Shown: piece by piece, positions 51,501 through 63,813 of the stretch
Layout of the letters: every line of letters begins with the position of its first letter
Position numbering within the stretch: position 1 is the stretch's first letter
Assembly (NCBI GenBank): GCA_050575255.1
Contig: JBNZDD010013730.1
Location: forward strand, 2,559,907-2,623,906
Direction: 5' to 3'
DNA length: 64,000 bases
From: Harriotta raleighana
Lineage: Eukaryota
Notes under the pieces: generated by a model
The model's database searches: none
What the model was told of the DNA's origin: nothing
Seen by the model: the letters and a program-made list of their open reading frames with translations, nothing else
Made by a program: the position numbers and the translations under genes

Positions 51501-54500
51501 TTTCTTCAAGCTTTTCAAAATGGTAGGTCCCACCGCCTAGATCCTTATCCGTTTTGTTACCGCAGAAAATATTATGCCAAGTGACGGTTTTCTCAAATGC
51601 TCGTTCGTACACACTATTGGTGTTGGTGACTGCAATCCTTGTCAAGAGTTAGCAAGCGCTATGAGTAGCAATGGAATTGGATACTATCTGCTCTCCAGGT
51701 TGGCATTAACTGAACTCTAGGCTGAAGATACTGCATTTGACGCAAGTAAAGTCAGTTTACAAAGTACAGTACATGCTATAAGAATGTTTTTTTTTTTAAA
51801 AAAGCTCTTTGCACAGACAAAGCGTACCCTATTTGGGACTTTACAGTACCCTGAGCTGTTGCCCTACCTGAGGGGCTCTATATAAATGCAAGTTGTTATT
51901 GGACAATTTCAACTACAAAAGGACAGTTCTGCTCAGAAGTACTCCACAAACCCCTGCCGTAGCCAAGCAAAACTACAGAATATCCTTCCATTTCCACATG
52001 TCCACCATTCAACTCTGGTCTTTTTCCCCACCACAGAGCTTTTTCCTACTTAAAGCTGTCTTAAACAAAGCCAGAGTTCGCTTTTCCCACTTGTAGTATC
52101 TGGTACACAGGTTATAGGTGTAAAGGTCTAATGGTGTTTTTGCGAACCTCTACACTCACACAAGTTACCAGGCATCACATGTTAACATTATTAACAGTAA
52201 TATGGCCACAAAACACAGTGTATAAAGCATTCCTGCTGTAGTTACACCACTCACACTGCATTTGTCAATGAGACAACTCCTCTAAAACCAAAAGAAGTTT
52301 GAGAATCTTTGCTTTGGTTCAAGTAGTCAAGCACAGGTTTCAAAAAGCTCAGGTCAGGGCATTTGCAATGCCTTCTACTGTGTGTGTACACAAGGTACAG
52401 AGTTGGGATTTAAAAAGAGATAAAACGGTAGGAGCGAGTCACAAATTGTGACAATATGAGGTGTTATTGTCACAGCAACTCTCCCTGACACTGTTTACCT
52501 CTAGTCTCAGAGTTTCCTGCCGATCGATATAATGTACATTTGGTTACAGTCGGGAAATGGATGTGTCCCAAATATGCCTCTGCAGTTCAGCACTCAGTCC
52601 ACCCAGAAATGGTCAAACCAGAATCTTTGTCAGTGTTAAGCTAGTTAATCACAGAATGGGCAACAGTTGAGGATGTTACAATAACATCAGTGCCCCTGAA
52701 CTAGAGGAGGGCAAATCAATCAAAGTTCTTGCTCACCATCCACAGACCCTTCCAACAAAGCATTTGTTTGTAGAGATTTGAGTAAGAACTTGTTCACATG
52801 TAATCCCCCCACCCTCACCGCAACCGAATAGTTTGCCAGCGCTCACTGTGAAAGCTCACACTCGAATGATTGACATCCCTGGATCTTTGCTGTGCTCTGG
52901 TAGAAAGTTGGGTTGGGGGTGGGGGTGGAGGGGGGGGGGAACGGACTCAAAATTGCTTCAGGAAAGGGGGTCAGAAAAAATTGTCGTCAAAAGGGAACAA
53001 GATTTGATTAGAAAGGGGACAGAGCCAGCAATCCAAATTTTGGACAGACAGCAGGAGGAGAAAATATGTCACAATAGACTTGCACAATACGCTTTCATGA
53101 CTGGACCTGTGTTTGAATCTGGACCAGACCGATGGAATGAAAGGCTCCTCTCTCTCTCGCTCTCTCGCTGGCTGGCTGGCTGAAAAGGTCCCATTTGAAG
53201 TTAGTTTGGCCAATCTCAATGTACATTCTGCTGGCTGCAAGTCCGCAAAACTGTGCGGAATTCAGCACGAAACTGAAAATCCCACTCAGTCGCCCCTTCA
53301 CGCTCTAATTGAAAACAATGGTCAAATTAAAGGGGGAAGCAGCAGCGGTATAATTATACAGAGAGATGGTGGCAGCAAATCAAATGGAAAAAGATAGCAA
53401 TGATCTGCTTTGAAAGGGATGGCAGCAATCAAATTAAGGAGAGAGTGAGAGATTTGGACCACTCATCGAATTATAGTGAGACAGAGAGTGAAAGAGAGAG
53501 ACATTTATTGAATTAGAGAGAGTGAGTGAGAGAGAGAGAGACAGAGCCAACAAAGAAATTAAAAAGAGAGGGATAGAACCAGTGACCAAACTAGAAGGAA
53601 GTTAAAGCCAGTGATCAAATGATCGAGAGTGAGAGCAAGATCTGGAGCGAGTGATTGAATTAGAAAGTGAGCCGAGGCCAGTGATCGAATAAGAGAGACA
53701 GACAGTGAAGTGATGAAATTGAAGGGAAGGAAGTCTGAGCCAGCGTTCGAATGAAAGAGAATTGAGGAACGAGGCCAGCGATGAAATTAAAGAGCAGAGG
53801 ACAGCAGCATTGATCACATTAAGGAGCGAAGCAGATCGCGTGGCAATGATCTTCTTAGAAAGGGAGTTGACCGAGATCGAATTACAGTCAGAACAGAGGT
53901 CGAGATCGAATTAAAAAGAGAAAAGGAGATAGTGATTTACTTATAGAGATGACAGCAATGCACCAGGCACTTTCCAGTACCAGAGTAGTGGTATATGTCA
54001 TGGCTGATACAACTATATTTATTTAGCATTCTTCTCACGGGGTAGTGTCCGGGATTTTTGATAGAAACCAATGTTATACAGTTTATCATTTATCATACAG
54101 TTCATCGTTCGATGAAGCAGCAGCTTAAGCTCCCAATCATAGTGTCATCCAGCAACTGTCTAATTTAAGTGAGAGACCGAGAGCATTACTGTAAATCAAA
54201 GGACAGGACGAAACATCACATCTGAACATATTGTTCTACATCTTGCCCTTTTCGCTGGCTGCATGCTATTAAAACATTCTTAAAACAATAATAAATTGGT
54301 TATTTCAATCCACAACTGTTTGTGGGACACTGCTGTGCGCAATTGGCTGCCGCGTTTCACCCACAAATATACAGTCAATTCACTTGAAATGACTTATTTA
54401 CATACTATATTGTACAAAGCGCTTTAAGACGTCCGGAAGACATAAAAAGCGCTGTATCAATTGCAAGAATTATTATTATTTTATTATTATTTCGCGTTTT

Positions 54501-57500
54501 AGTGTCTAGTTTCAAATGAATAGAAGCAGAGTAGATGTCCAACAAATAAAAGTTACTGAAGAAGAGAAGGTAAAACTCAAAGGACCTACTGTAATTAGTG
54601 TAGGACAAGTGGAACCACTTTCAGTATGCAAGTTAATTTGTACATGATATCTTTTTAGCTTCCAAAAGCGCTGGACAGAAAATCATTTGGAATAGACTTA
54701 CATTATTGGATGGAAATTCTGAATGAGGCATCGCCAGTATTACAGGAGGTATGGAAATTAAAACTGACATTAATTCGCTTTCATTTTGTTCAGTACTGTA
54801 AGCTGTAATTGTGACTCTGCAACACCATATTGTTTCCAAATGTTTTAGACAAAATCAGACTGCCCTTTGAAATGTGATCGATCATTAGATATAAAAGTTC
54901 AGGTGACCAAATCATTCTCAGTGAGTGAGTTTTAAATGCATGTGGGCAAAGTTCTGTAATTCCACCCCCCACCCCATCCCACCCCAAGCCCTGCCTATGT
55001 AAAGGAATTCACCCAAATCATTGCTGAAGCCTCTCTGAATCAGGTTTAGATCTGAGCTCAATTCTGGTTAGTCCTGTGCTCTGCACTCTGCAGAATAGAA
55101 ATTGACTAAAACTTTCCAGCTAGGTTTCACTTTACACGCTTACAGCTGGGAGAGAGAGAGAGGAAATCTTCATTGTCTAGTTCTAAATTAACTGATTAGA
55201 ATATATGGCAATATATATATATATTTCTTATCANTTCACTTTACACGCTTACAGCTGGGAGAGAGAGAGAGGAAATCTTCATTGCCCAGTTCTAAATTAA
55301 CTGATTAGAGTATATGGCAATATATATATATTTCTTATCTATATATATATATAGATGCCTGTATTTTTAACAGTAGTTCACTTCATCGCTGTTTGTAGGA
55401 TATCGCCTGCAAGCTAACTGCTGTGTTCATCTGCAAGTTCAGTCAGTAACTTGACAGAGAGCCTTTTGAGATGTTTCGATACGATGCGGGCGCTGTTATA
55501 AAACGCAAGGATTATTATTATGTTATCATTTAAATATTTGCGAATGACTCTCATCTACAGTTTATCAATACGGAGGGTGTTCAGGAACTGATCCCAGTGT
55601 TTTACCCACTCTTTCGGGTTGGTGGCCCAAGTACGTTGAGTCAACTAACAGACTTAATATCAAATCTAATCTGTGGTTACCCTGAAGGGGGTGGTTCCAG
55701 AGTCTTTTCTTTCAACTGGTACGAAGACAACAACTACAAGGCTTTCCTGGGAATCAATGACACGAAGAAACAGTCAGAGTATAAATATGATTACACCACC
55801 AGTAAGTCTGTTTCCTTTTTCCAGCAATATCTACTTGCGCTCCAGTTCCTGGCTATTAACTAGCGATAGGTGCTTGTGCACAGTTGAAGTTTAGAGCTCC
55901 AAAATTTGGAGCATTTTAATTTCTAAATCAGATCTGAAATAGTGGAGCTCCTGTAGCTCAGTGGTTAGAGCACTCGCCTTACAAGCGTGAGACCTCTGTT
56001 CGAATCCAGGCAGGTCAGAGCGAAACCTTGGGCAAGTTTCCTTATTCCACACACCAGCCCAATAATAATCCCTCCCCCAAAAAAAACGCAATAATAAAAT
56101 TGGTTATTTCAATCCGCGAGTGTTTGTGGGACACTGCTGTGCGCAATTGGCTGCCGCGTTTCGCCCACAAATTCACTTTACAGTGTATTCTGTGAAGCGC
56201 TTTGAGACGTCCAGAAGACGTGAATATAGCGCTATATCAAATGCAAGGATTTTTAAAATTATATTACTCGCTTGCATACTGTATNGTGGGACACTGCTGT
56301 GCGCAATTGGCTGCCGCGTTTCGCCCACAAATTCACTTTACAGTGTATTCTGTGAAGCGCTTTGAGATGTCCAGAAGACGTGAATATAGCGCTATATCAA
56401 ATGCAAGGATTTTTTTTATTATATTACTCGCTTGCATACTGTACCTCTGCTAGACTCTCTGGCCTTTGAGTCACACAGATACTCGACAAACAGGAATTAG
56501 CACCTATGCAGCCAGACTGGCTGAAGAAAATAGTCACAAATTCAGCAAATAACCTTCCAAACATCAGGGACGCAAGTGCAATCCTTTCCGCACATGATCA
56601 TCTGGTTATAAATGAGCCAACACTACCCAACCACAACCAGGCACTTAACTGTTAAGATACATTGCCTTTTCTTGACCCTCACCAGAGAGACCTCTGCTAT
56701 GGTAGGAAAGGAAATTTTTCCAGGGAGATTATTTCTGTACTCATCTGTAATATAGTGAGATGTATAGTNGTGCAATCCTTTCCGCACATGATCATCTGGT
56801 TATAAATGAGCCAACACTACCCAACCACAACCAGGCACTTAACTGTTAAGACACATTGCCTTTTCTTGACCCTCACCAGAGAGACCTCTGCCATGGTAGG
56901 AAAGGAAATTTTTCCAGGGAGATTATTTTTCTGTACTCATCTGTAATATGGTGAGATGTACTGGTTATGAATACACACACATGGGATCTTCAGATAGATG
57001 CTCAGAAAAGGTCAGGCTCTGAATGCTAACGTTTTGTATCACCTCTTGCAGCTCCGTTCTGCAACGCAATTAGTCAAAATCTGGAGTCCAACCCTGCCAC
57101 CAAGATTATCTGGAACGTGGTGAAACCCCTGCTCATGGGAAAGGTTCTGTTTGCCCCCGATACTCCCGCAGTGCGACAACTGATGAAGCAAGTAAGAACA
57201 GGTTCCCTTCGTTTGTGTTCGAAAGAATAAGTGGTTTTAAAATGGACGGCGCACAAACTCCTCTGCCTGTTCTCACTTGTGTGTGTGTCTTTGCTGAGCA
57301 ACGCAGAACGTGTTTCTCCGGAGGATCTGGGGGAGTAACAGTCGTGCAGTCCACGGCGTTCGTTGTGAGGAGGTTCATTGCCACCGCTTTCCACAGGACA
57401 GTCAAAGCGACATTTTTAAAATTTGTTCTGTGGTTGCGTACAAGCTTCAGATAAAGTAGCAAGTGTATCANGACAACTGATGAAGCAAGTAAGAACAGGT

Positions 57501-60500
57501 TCCCTTCGTTTGTGTTCGAAAGAATAAGTGGTTTTAAAATGGACGGCGCACAAACTCCTCTGCCTGTTCTCACTTGTGTGTGCGTCTTTGCTGAGCAACG
57601 CAGAACGTGTTTCTCCGGAGGATCTGGGGGAGTAACAGTCGTGTAATCCACGGCGTTCGTTGTGAGGAAGTTCATTGCCACCGCTTTCCACAGGACAGTC
57701 AAAGCGACATTTTTAAAAATATGTTCTGTGGTTGCGTACAAGCTTCAGATAAAGTAGCAAGTGTATCGGTACCAATAGACAGACAGACGCCTACATTGTA
57801 CATCAAGAAGTTGAGGACAAAGGAGACAATTGAAGGATCAGAACTTACTCTGTAATCATTGCTTTCAGCTGCTGTTTTTAAAAAAAAAACGTACAGTAAT
57901 AAGCAAGCTAGGCAAATCACAATCAAAATTGGTCAAAGTTGCAGAAATAAATATTCCGTAGGTGCGTAGAATAGCGAGAATGTGTTGATGACAGTGACAC
58001 ACGGCACTTGTATTTACAAAAGCTTTAATTCAACCATCGCAATGATTTGTGACACAATGGAGTTGGATGCGATGCCTAAAAACATTTTGTATCTGATGTG
58101 GGTCTGTGGAGCGTGAAATTGGCCGGTGGTGATGGACTCTGTACTGTCAATGATAACACACTGAGCAAGCTTCATACCCTGCCACATGCTTACAGCATCT
58201 CATGAGAGTGTTGTTAATCGGGACTGACTGCCAGTCCCAAATCTGTGTCTTTACACCCAGAATCAAAACACTACGTCGAAAATCAGGCACCAGTTTCACT
58301 ACATATCGGAAGATGAGTTTCTCATTTTGACTATTGTTTGATCCATTTTGATTTATTTTTGTTGCATCAATTTCAAGTGGAGTTTATTCACACAATGAAA
58401 CACAGGTGCAATTCTGTGCTGTTTGACTAAAGTAAAGGGAGGTAGTGAGTGCCACAACGACCGGTCAGTTATCCAGTTGGAGGATTTAGTCCCACGTTCG
58501 TTCCAGACACCTGGTGATGGATTGGGTAACATGGCATCACAGCAATGTTGTCTAACGGGATTTTCTTCATAGGCAAATGGCACCTTTGAGGAGCTAAACA
58601 GACTGAAGCACATGGGAAAGATCTGGCAGGAAATCAGGCCTCAACTCTGGGAGTTCTTCCAAGATGGTGTACAAATGAGCATGATTCGAGTAAGTGACCA
58701 TACCAAGGGAGGAACCACACAGTGTTGGTTCAGCAGTTACCAGAGAACAACAGCAAAATTACATTTATACAGCGCCTTTCACGTCAGGAGCACGTTCCAA
58801 GGCCCTGAGCAGTCAGGGATTGGGGCAGGGATGGAGTAGGGGGGAGGGGAGGGAGAGTGTGAGGGTGGTGGAAGGAGGGTATTGAGAGCGGCCTTGAAGG
58901 AGGCAAGGGGGTAAGTGAGGTGAAGGGACTGTGGCATGGAATTCCAGAGTATGGGGGCAGAGAGGCTGAAAGCCCGGCCACCGGTGGGAGACATGGAGCA
59001 GACTAGAGCCCGCTGAACGGAGGGGACGGGCAAATTGATAGGGAGACAACACTCAGTCGTGCCTTATTTTAGTCCCTTATGACATTGTCCCTTATTTTTA
59101 AAATTAAATAATTACGTTGCTGAAATAGACCAAAACATCTGGATATTTACATTCATTCCTTTAGTGTTTCATCTCTGTAGTTGTTTGGTTGCTTGTTTTC
59201 CACGTTAGTCTTTGTTCATTGCACATCAGTATTGTTTTTAATGACATTTTCTGTATAATTGCTGGGTTAAGAATGTGTGTTAAGGTGTGACACCATGTGA
59301 TATTTCTGATGGATCAAATGGGTTTGATGGGATGGAACAACCTTATTGACGGTTGACGGAATTGGCTGGCAACAGCCAGCAGGTCAGGCAGCATCTATGG
59401 AGCAAGGAAAAGTGAGTCAACGTTTTGGGTCCACCACCCTTCGTCAGAACAAGTTTTTGTTTCAGATTTGCAGCATCTGCAGTAGAGTAATGTACTTTGC
59501 GTTTTTATTGACAGTCGGTATTGGAGTGACGGACTATTTTTTGGGCAAATGCGTTTCCCAACTCAATAATTCTCTATTCGTTCTGAACAGGACACGTTAA
59601 GAAACCCCACTGTGGCATTTTTCCTCGACCTTCAGCTGGAGAATACGGCATTGAGCACCAGCGACATCGTTAACTTCTTGTACAATGGTCCCTCGGCTAC
59701 ACAGCCAGAGGAAACGCCAGATTTCGACTGGAGAAACGTGTTTAATACAACAGACCAGATTCTAACTCTGATTAACAGTTACATGGAGGTAAGAACTTTC
59801 AATGACAACAGGGTTGTGTCCCAAGCGCGAGTTCATTTTCTGTTTTTGTAGAGTTCTCTTGGCCTTACCTATAATCCAAACAGGTTCTGTGACTAAAGGA
59901 CTGGCATAGGATTTAAGCTGTGTATAAATATTCAATACTTGTTACCTCAATAAGATTAGCATTAAATAACTGTGCTTTGGTTAATACGAGATAAGTATAG
60001 CCAGACTTACTCTGAACTGAATAAGAGTTTGGGGTATTTTGAACCTATGGACCTCCCCTCAAATTATAAAAAAGAATATATACGGGTTTGGGCTATAAAA
60101 CAAAAAGTTTCTCCCCCTAGAAACTAATAATGGGCCTTAACATTAGTCCTGAGTTAACATTTATCCCAGACAACTAATTCTGGGCCTTGGAACAAACTTG
60201 TTCTAGGCTTTCTCCCTGGCAACTACCTTTTGAGTTCCACTGAGCCCCCAATCAGTAGATAACAAGCAAAGCAACAGTTAAGGCATTTTGACACTATCGC
60301 AGCAGTTTTGACGCGAGAGAATAAAAGCATTAGCAGCATCTTTGAAGTGAAGCGATTCAGGTTTATTGTCTCCTAATAGCTCACTGACAAGATAAGATTA
60401 AGGTGGTTAGCTAACCCGCAATTTATCATGTTTGGCAAGTAAAACAAATGTCACCCATGTTATTCTGTGCTTTCATACCGATCTTGGCACCGCAATGCTG

Positions 60501-63500
60501 TCTGTTTCTCTGCAGTTAAACGTTTGGAAACTGTACATTTGTTAGTTTTCATTTAAAAGTCCAATAAATAGGTGACTAGCCCAAACAGCGCAGAAAGTTT
60601 CGCTCCGTGTTAAGAGTCACGTTTAAACATGAACAGTTCCAAGAAGTTTTACATGAAGATTTTATTCTGCCTTGCTATTTTTTTTTCAATTGTTTGTCTT
60701 GGCAGTAATCTAGTTTTACAAGCTATTAGCAACCTGCATCTTTTTACTTATGTCCAGTGTCTGGTGTCTATTATTGGTACCCAAGGGATCCCATAAAGTT
60801 TATACCACTGCTTTACATTCTAAGCAAAGCTAGTAACGTATTTCCTTTGAAACCCAAGAAATCTTTTATTAGTTATACTGACAACACAAATGAAAATGTT
60901 ACTTTCTAACTTTGCTACTTACTAATCTGCTCCTCTGAGGCCATAACCTTTGATTACTTGGCAGTGTTTGACTCTGGATAAATTTGAAGGTCTCGCAGAC
61001 GAGGATCAGTTAACCCATCGGGCACTTTATCTGCTGGAGGAAAACAAGTTTTGGGCTGGAATTGTGTTTGTGGATTTGTATCCCTGGACAAACAAGCTAC
61101 CGCCACATGTGAAGTATAAGATCCGAATGGATATTGACACAGTAGAGCGTACAAATAAAATAAAAGACAGGTTGGTTTTACAAGTGGGAAGCATTCACAA
61201 AGACACGGCCTTTGTGGAGCTCCTGGAGCTCAGTGGGTTAGAGCGCTCGCCTTACAAGCGTGAGATCCGTGTGCGAATCCAGGCAGGTCAGGGCGAAACC
61301 CTGGGCAAGTTTCCTTACTCCACACTCACGTGCCCAATAATGATCCGTCCCAAAAAAAAACACCACAGTAATAAAAATTGGTCATTTCAATCCACCACCG
61401 TTTGTGGGAAACCGCTGTGCGCAATTGGCTGCCACGTTTCGCCCACAGATACAAAATATACCGTCAATTCACTTTACAGAATATTCTGTGAAGCGCTTTG
61501 AGACCCTTTAGAAGATGTGAAAAGCACTATATCAAATGCATTATTATTATTATTACTCTTCCTCCCGATGCAGCAATACATCCAGCCTTATTACTAGATG
61601 TGAAGGTCATGCAGAGACTGAGCTAGGCTGCAGCATTTCGAGTTATGTTGGTGGAGCGATAGCATGTGAAACCTGGGTCTGTAGCTGTATTGGGAGTTGG
61701 GCTGGAGTGAATCATGTACAGGTTCTGGTAGGAGAGGCCAAATATTTGCCCCCAGTGTCCCACACTGGAATTTTCTTTGTCAGTTTGACCTGAGCAATCC
61801 TTCCAGTACAGGACATGATTTCAAAACAGTCTATCTGAAGAGCTGGGAAATGTAATCTTGACCATGCGAACTGGAGACATAGTTCGTGAATTCAGTGCAT
61901 TTTCTTCTGGAATTGTAACTTTCATGCACGCCTTGCTAACACCAGTTTCAGGCAATACTGCTGTAATGCACATTTTGACATACCAGTCAGTTAGAACAGA
62001 CATTCTGCTCGTGCTCTCGTTAAGTTTTTGTGCGTGTTCTACTCTGATCCATGATCGACACTCAGTTACTCAGATGCAAGGAAACGTCCAACGGTTTAAT
62101 GCTCCCTTGTAATGGAACGTGTTACTTCCTCACCCCTGACCAGCACTCGCCAACCAAGTGACTTTTTACCCAGTGACATTGCCTATTCCCCGCAGGAATG
62201 AATACAGCACAAAATACTCTGGCATAAAATCGCACTGACGCAGTAGAATCTCAGCTCTTTAGGGGCATGAAAGAATTCACCCGCCCTTTCCCGGATGGAC
62301 TCAAACTGTTAGTCAAGAGACACCGAAATGTGATACTGCTGTACATCTTCAGCCAATAATCAGGAATTTTGGGGGAGTGCACGAGGTCTGAACCAGAGCT
62401 CGCCGGTGACTCTTTCTGCAGGCGCACTATCTGGTCTGATACTGAGCAAAAATGTTCACACACTTGGCATCGTTGTTCCCTGGGGGGTGCTGGTCTGTGG
62501 ATAGGATTACCACGGAATGTGATGCCCCAAAACGTATGGACACTCGCAGTCTGTTCTGTGATGGCAAAAGCATTGCAAAGTTTATATCCCAACTGTTGAT
62601 GTAGGTGACATGATTGAACCCATAAACGCTGCATGAAATCCGTCACTCCCAACTTTTCAATTGAAGTGTGTCGGGAAGACGAGTGTCTCAGCATGCATAA
62701 TAATACTGTAATCCTGGCATTTAAGATCGCGCCTTATCACGTCTTCCAGACGTCACCAAACGCTTCACGGGAACACGCTGTAAAGTGAATTGAGAAACGC
62801 CTGACCTAAAACGCTAGCGTTCAACAGGTTCCCTTTGTTCTGCTTCAATACAGATATTGGGACCCAGGCCCAAGAGCTGACCCCATCGAGGACTTGCGCT
62901 ACATCTGGGGAGGGTTTGCGTATCTGCAAGATATGATTGATCGTGGCATTATCAGGACTCAAACCAACGTTGACGTGCCATCAGGAATCTATGTCCAGCA
63001 GATGCCGTATCCGTGCTTTGTTGATGATCTGTAAGTCTGAGACACTACCCTGTGGGGAGGGCGTTATATATGAATGCAAGTTGTTGTTGTCATCGTTGTT
63101 GTGAGTCAATTAATATTAAGAATATAATACAATATATATACTATTTTGAACCCCCGAATATGTCGATTTCCAATCTTTTTGTTTCTTATACAGTAATTCA
63201 CACTGCGCTGTAACTAAAATCGGGAGGTTTTACGGAAACCTATACGGGATCTGGTACAACAAAACATGCTTAGAGCTTGGCTCTGATGGTCACCCGGGTA
63301 TGGGAGACTAATTGACAGAATGGTATCAATGGGGGAGTGATCCAACTTTAGCCTATCCAACTCATTTAGATCTGTCACTTAACTTAAACTCCATTATCAT
63401 CCGTGAAGTTTTAGGGTGCAGGTTAAATGCTCTTCATTCCATTGTCATCTTAACATTTGTAAAATACTTTTCTTCCCCCATTTCTGCGCTGTCTCCGGCA

Positions 63501-63790
63501 ATTGTCCCCACCATCAACCCCCCCTCCCACCCCCCCGCAACTATGTGCTTGCTGATTCCCACCCCAGCTTCATGCTGACCCTAACCCGCTGCTTCCCCAT
63601 TTTCATGGTACTGGCCTGGATCTACACTGTCTCCATGACTGTGAAGAGTATTGTGCTCGAGAAGGAGTTGAGGCTGAAGGAGACTATGAAAACCATGGGT
63701 GTCAGCAACTCAGTGCTTTGGGCCACATGGTTCATCGACAACTTCATCATAATGACAATCAGCACCCTGATGTTAACTGTGGTTATTATG
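42485..63790 (+). CDS. ABCA4: ABCA4 (retinal ABC transporter), partial: coding exons 1-14, 719 codons; gene continues beyond window
   Basis: [89 protein letters not shown]; exon sizes 94/142/140/128/198/90/241/140/117/198/206/177/223 match the human ABCA4 pattern as I recall it; adjacent to ARHGAP29 as in mammals. Confidence 0.93.
42570..42790 (-). mobile_element. L2-type LINE 3' fragment
   Basis: (CAA)n tail, CATTTATATAGC, GAAGGTCTTCAGG, GTTCCAGAG...GGCTGAAAGC motifs shared with other L2 copies in the window. Confidence 0.65.
43345..43425 (-). mobile_element. CR1-type tail fragment
   Basis: CATAGGAACAGGAGTAG...CTCGAGCCTGTTCCGCCATTC resembles the reverse-complemented CR1 3' end of cartilaginous fishes. 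Confidence 0.55.
44675..44768 (+). CDS. ABCA4: ABCA4 coding exon 2 (TM1)
   Basis: [31 protein letters not shown]; AG/GT bounded. Confidence 0.93.
45387..45528 (+). CDS. ABCA4: ABCA4 coding exon 3
   Basis: [28 protein letters not shown]; AG/GT bounded. Confidence 0.95.
45633..45972 (+). mobile_element. Full-length tRNA-derived SINE
   Basis: Intact A box TAGCTCAGCGG and B box GTTCGATTCC, internal (CA)n, family tail. Confidence 0.88.
46538..46677 (+). CDS. ABCA4: ABCA4 coding exon 4
   Basis: [12 protein letters not shown]...; AG/GT bounded, frame continuous. Confidence 0.92.
47152..47279 (+). CDS. ABCA4: ABCA4 coding exon 5
   Basis: [20 protein letters not shown]...[10 protein letters not shown]; AG/GT bounded. 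Confidence 0.93.
49628..50250. mobile_element. Nested SINEs: minus-strand copy (about 49765-50106) inserted in a plus-strand copy
   Basis: Plus copy breaks after GTTTGTGGGACAC and resumes at TGTGCGCAATTGGCTGCC. Confidence 0.75.
51325..51522 (+). CDS. ABCA4: ABCA4 coding exon 6
   Basis: [26 protein letters not shown]...NVDFFKLF; AG/GT bounded. Confidence 0.94.
53320..53960. repeat. Degenerate purine-rich tandem repeat with CAGTGATCGAATTA-like core
   Basis: Recurring GATCGAATTA / GTGATCAAAT / GCGATGAAATTA separated by GA-rich spacers. Confidence 0.65.
54286..54490 (+). mobile_element. 3' half of tRNA-derived SINE
   Basis: Family body and (ATT)n tail. Confidence 0.8.
54659..54748 (+). CDS. 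ABCA4: ABCA4 coding exon 7
   Basis: [30 protein letters not shown], 90 nt, AG/GT bounded. Confidence 0.88.
55561..55801 (+). CDS. ABCA4: ABCA4 coding exon 8
   Basis: [30 protein letters not shown]; 241 nt, AG/GT bounded. Confidence 0.94.
55943..56270 (+). mobile_element. Full-length tRNA-derived SINE
   Basis: GGAGCTCCTGTAGCTCAGTGGTTAGAGCACTCGCCTTACAAGCG head, B box GTTCGAATCC, family tail. Confidence 0.9.
57052..57191 (+). CDS. ABCA4: ABCA4 coding exon 9
   Basis: [39 protein letters not shown]; AG/GT bounded. Confidence 0.93.
58573..58689 (+). CDS. ABCA4: ABCA4 coding exon 10
   Basis: [11 protein letters not shown]...QMSMIR; AG/GT bounded. Confidence 0.93.
58745..59030 (-). mobile_element. 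L2-type LINE 3' fragment
   Basis: Reverse complement of the tail and body seen at 12655-13265. Confidence 0.75.
59591..59788 (+). CDS. ABCA4: ABCA4 coding exon 11
   Basis: DTLRNPTV...NFLYNGP...[12 protein letters not shown]; AG/GT bounded. Confidence 0.93.
60965..61170 (+). CDS. ABCA4: ABCA4 coding exon 12
   Basis: CLTLDKFEG...FWAGIVF...[24 protein letters not shown]; AG/GT bounded. Confidence 0.95.
61214..61556 (+). mobile_element. Full-length tRNA-derived SINE
   Basis: Family head, body and (ATT)n tail. Confidence 0.88.
62854..63030 (+). CDS. ABCA4: ABCA4 coding exon 13
   Basis: [28 protein letters not shown]...[11 protein letters not shown]; AG/GT bounded. Confidence 0.95.
63568..63790 (+). 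CDS. ABCA4: ABCA4 coding exon 14 (TM2/TM3)
   Basis: [39 protein letters not shown]; AG/GT bounded. Confidence 0.95.
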
Positions 63791-63813
63791 GTAAGGCTTC
63801 CGGTATAATGTGT

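Noticed and set aside
55943-56015. tRNA-like sequence with A and B boxes (also at 7172, 33311, 45633, 61214, 63814)
   Set aside because: Always followed by the same SINE body and tail; these are SINE heads, not tRNA genes.
57074-57926. Minus-strand ORFs with internal repeat (up to 202 aa)
   Set aside because: Generated by the N-joined duplication of intron sequence; no recognisable protein similarity.
60950-61501. 183-aa ORF extending ABCA4 exon 12 into the intron
   Set aside because: Read-through into a SINE; a donor at 61171 gives the expected 206-nt exon, in frame with exon 13.
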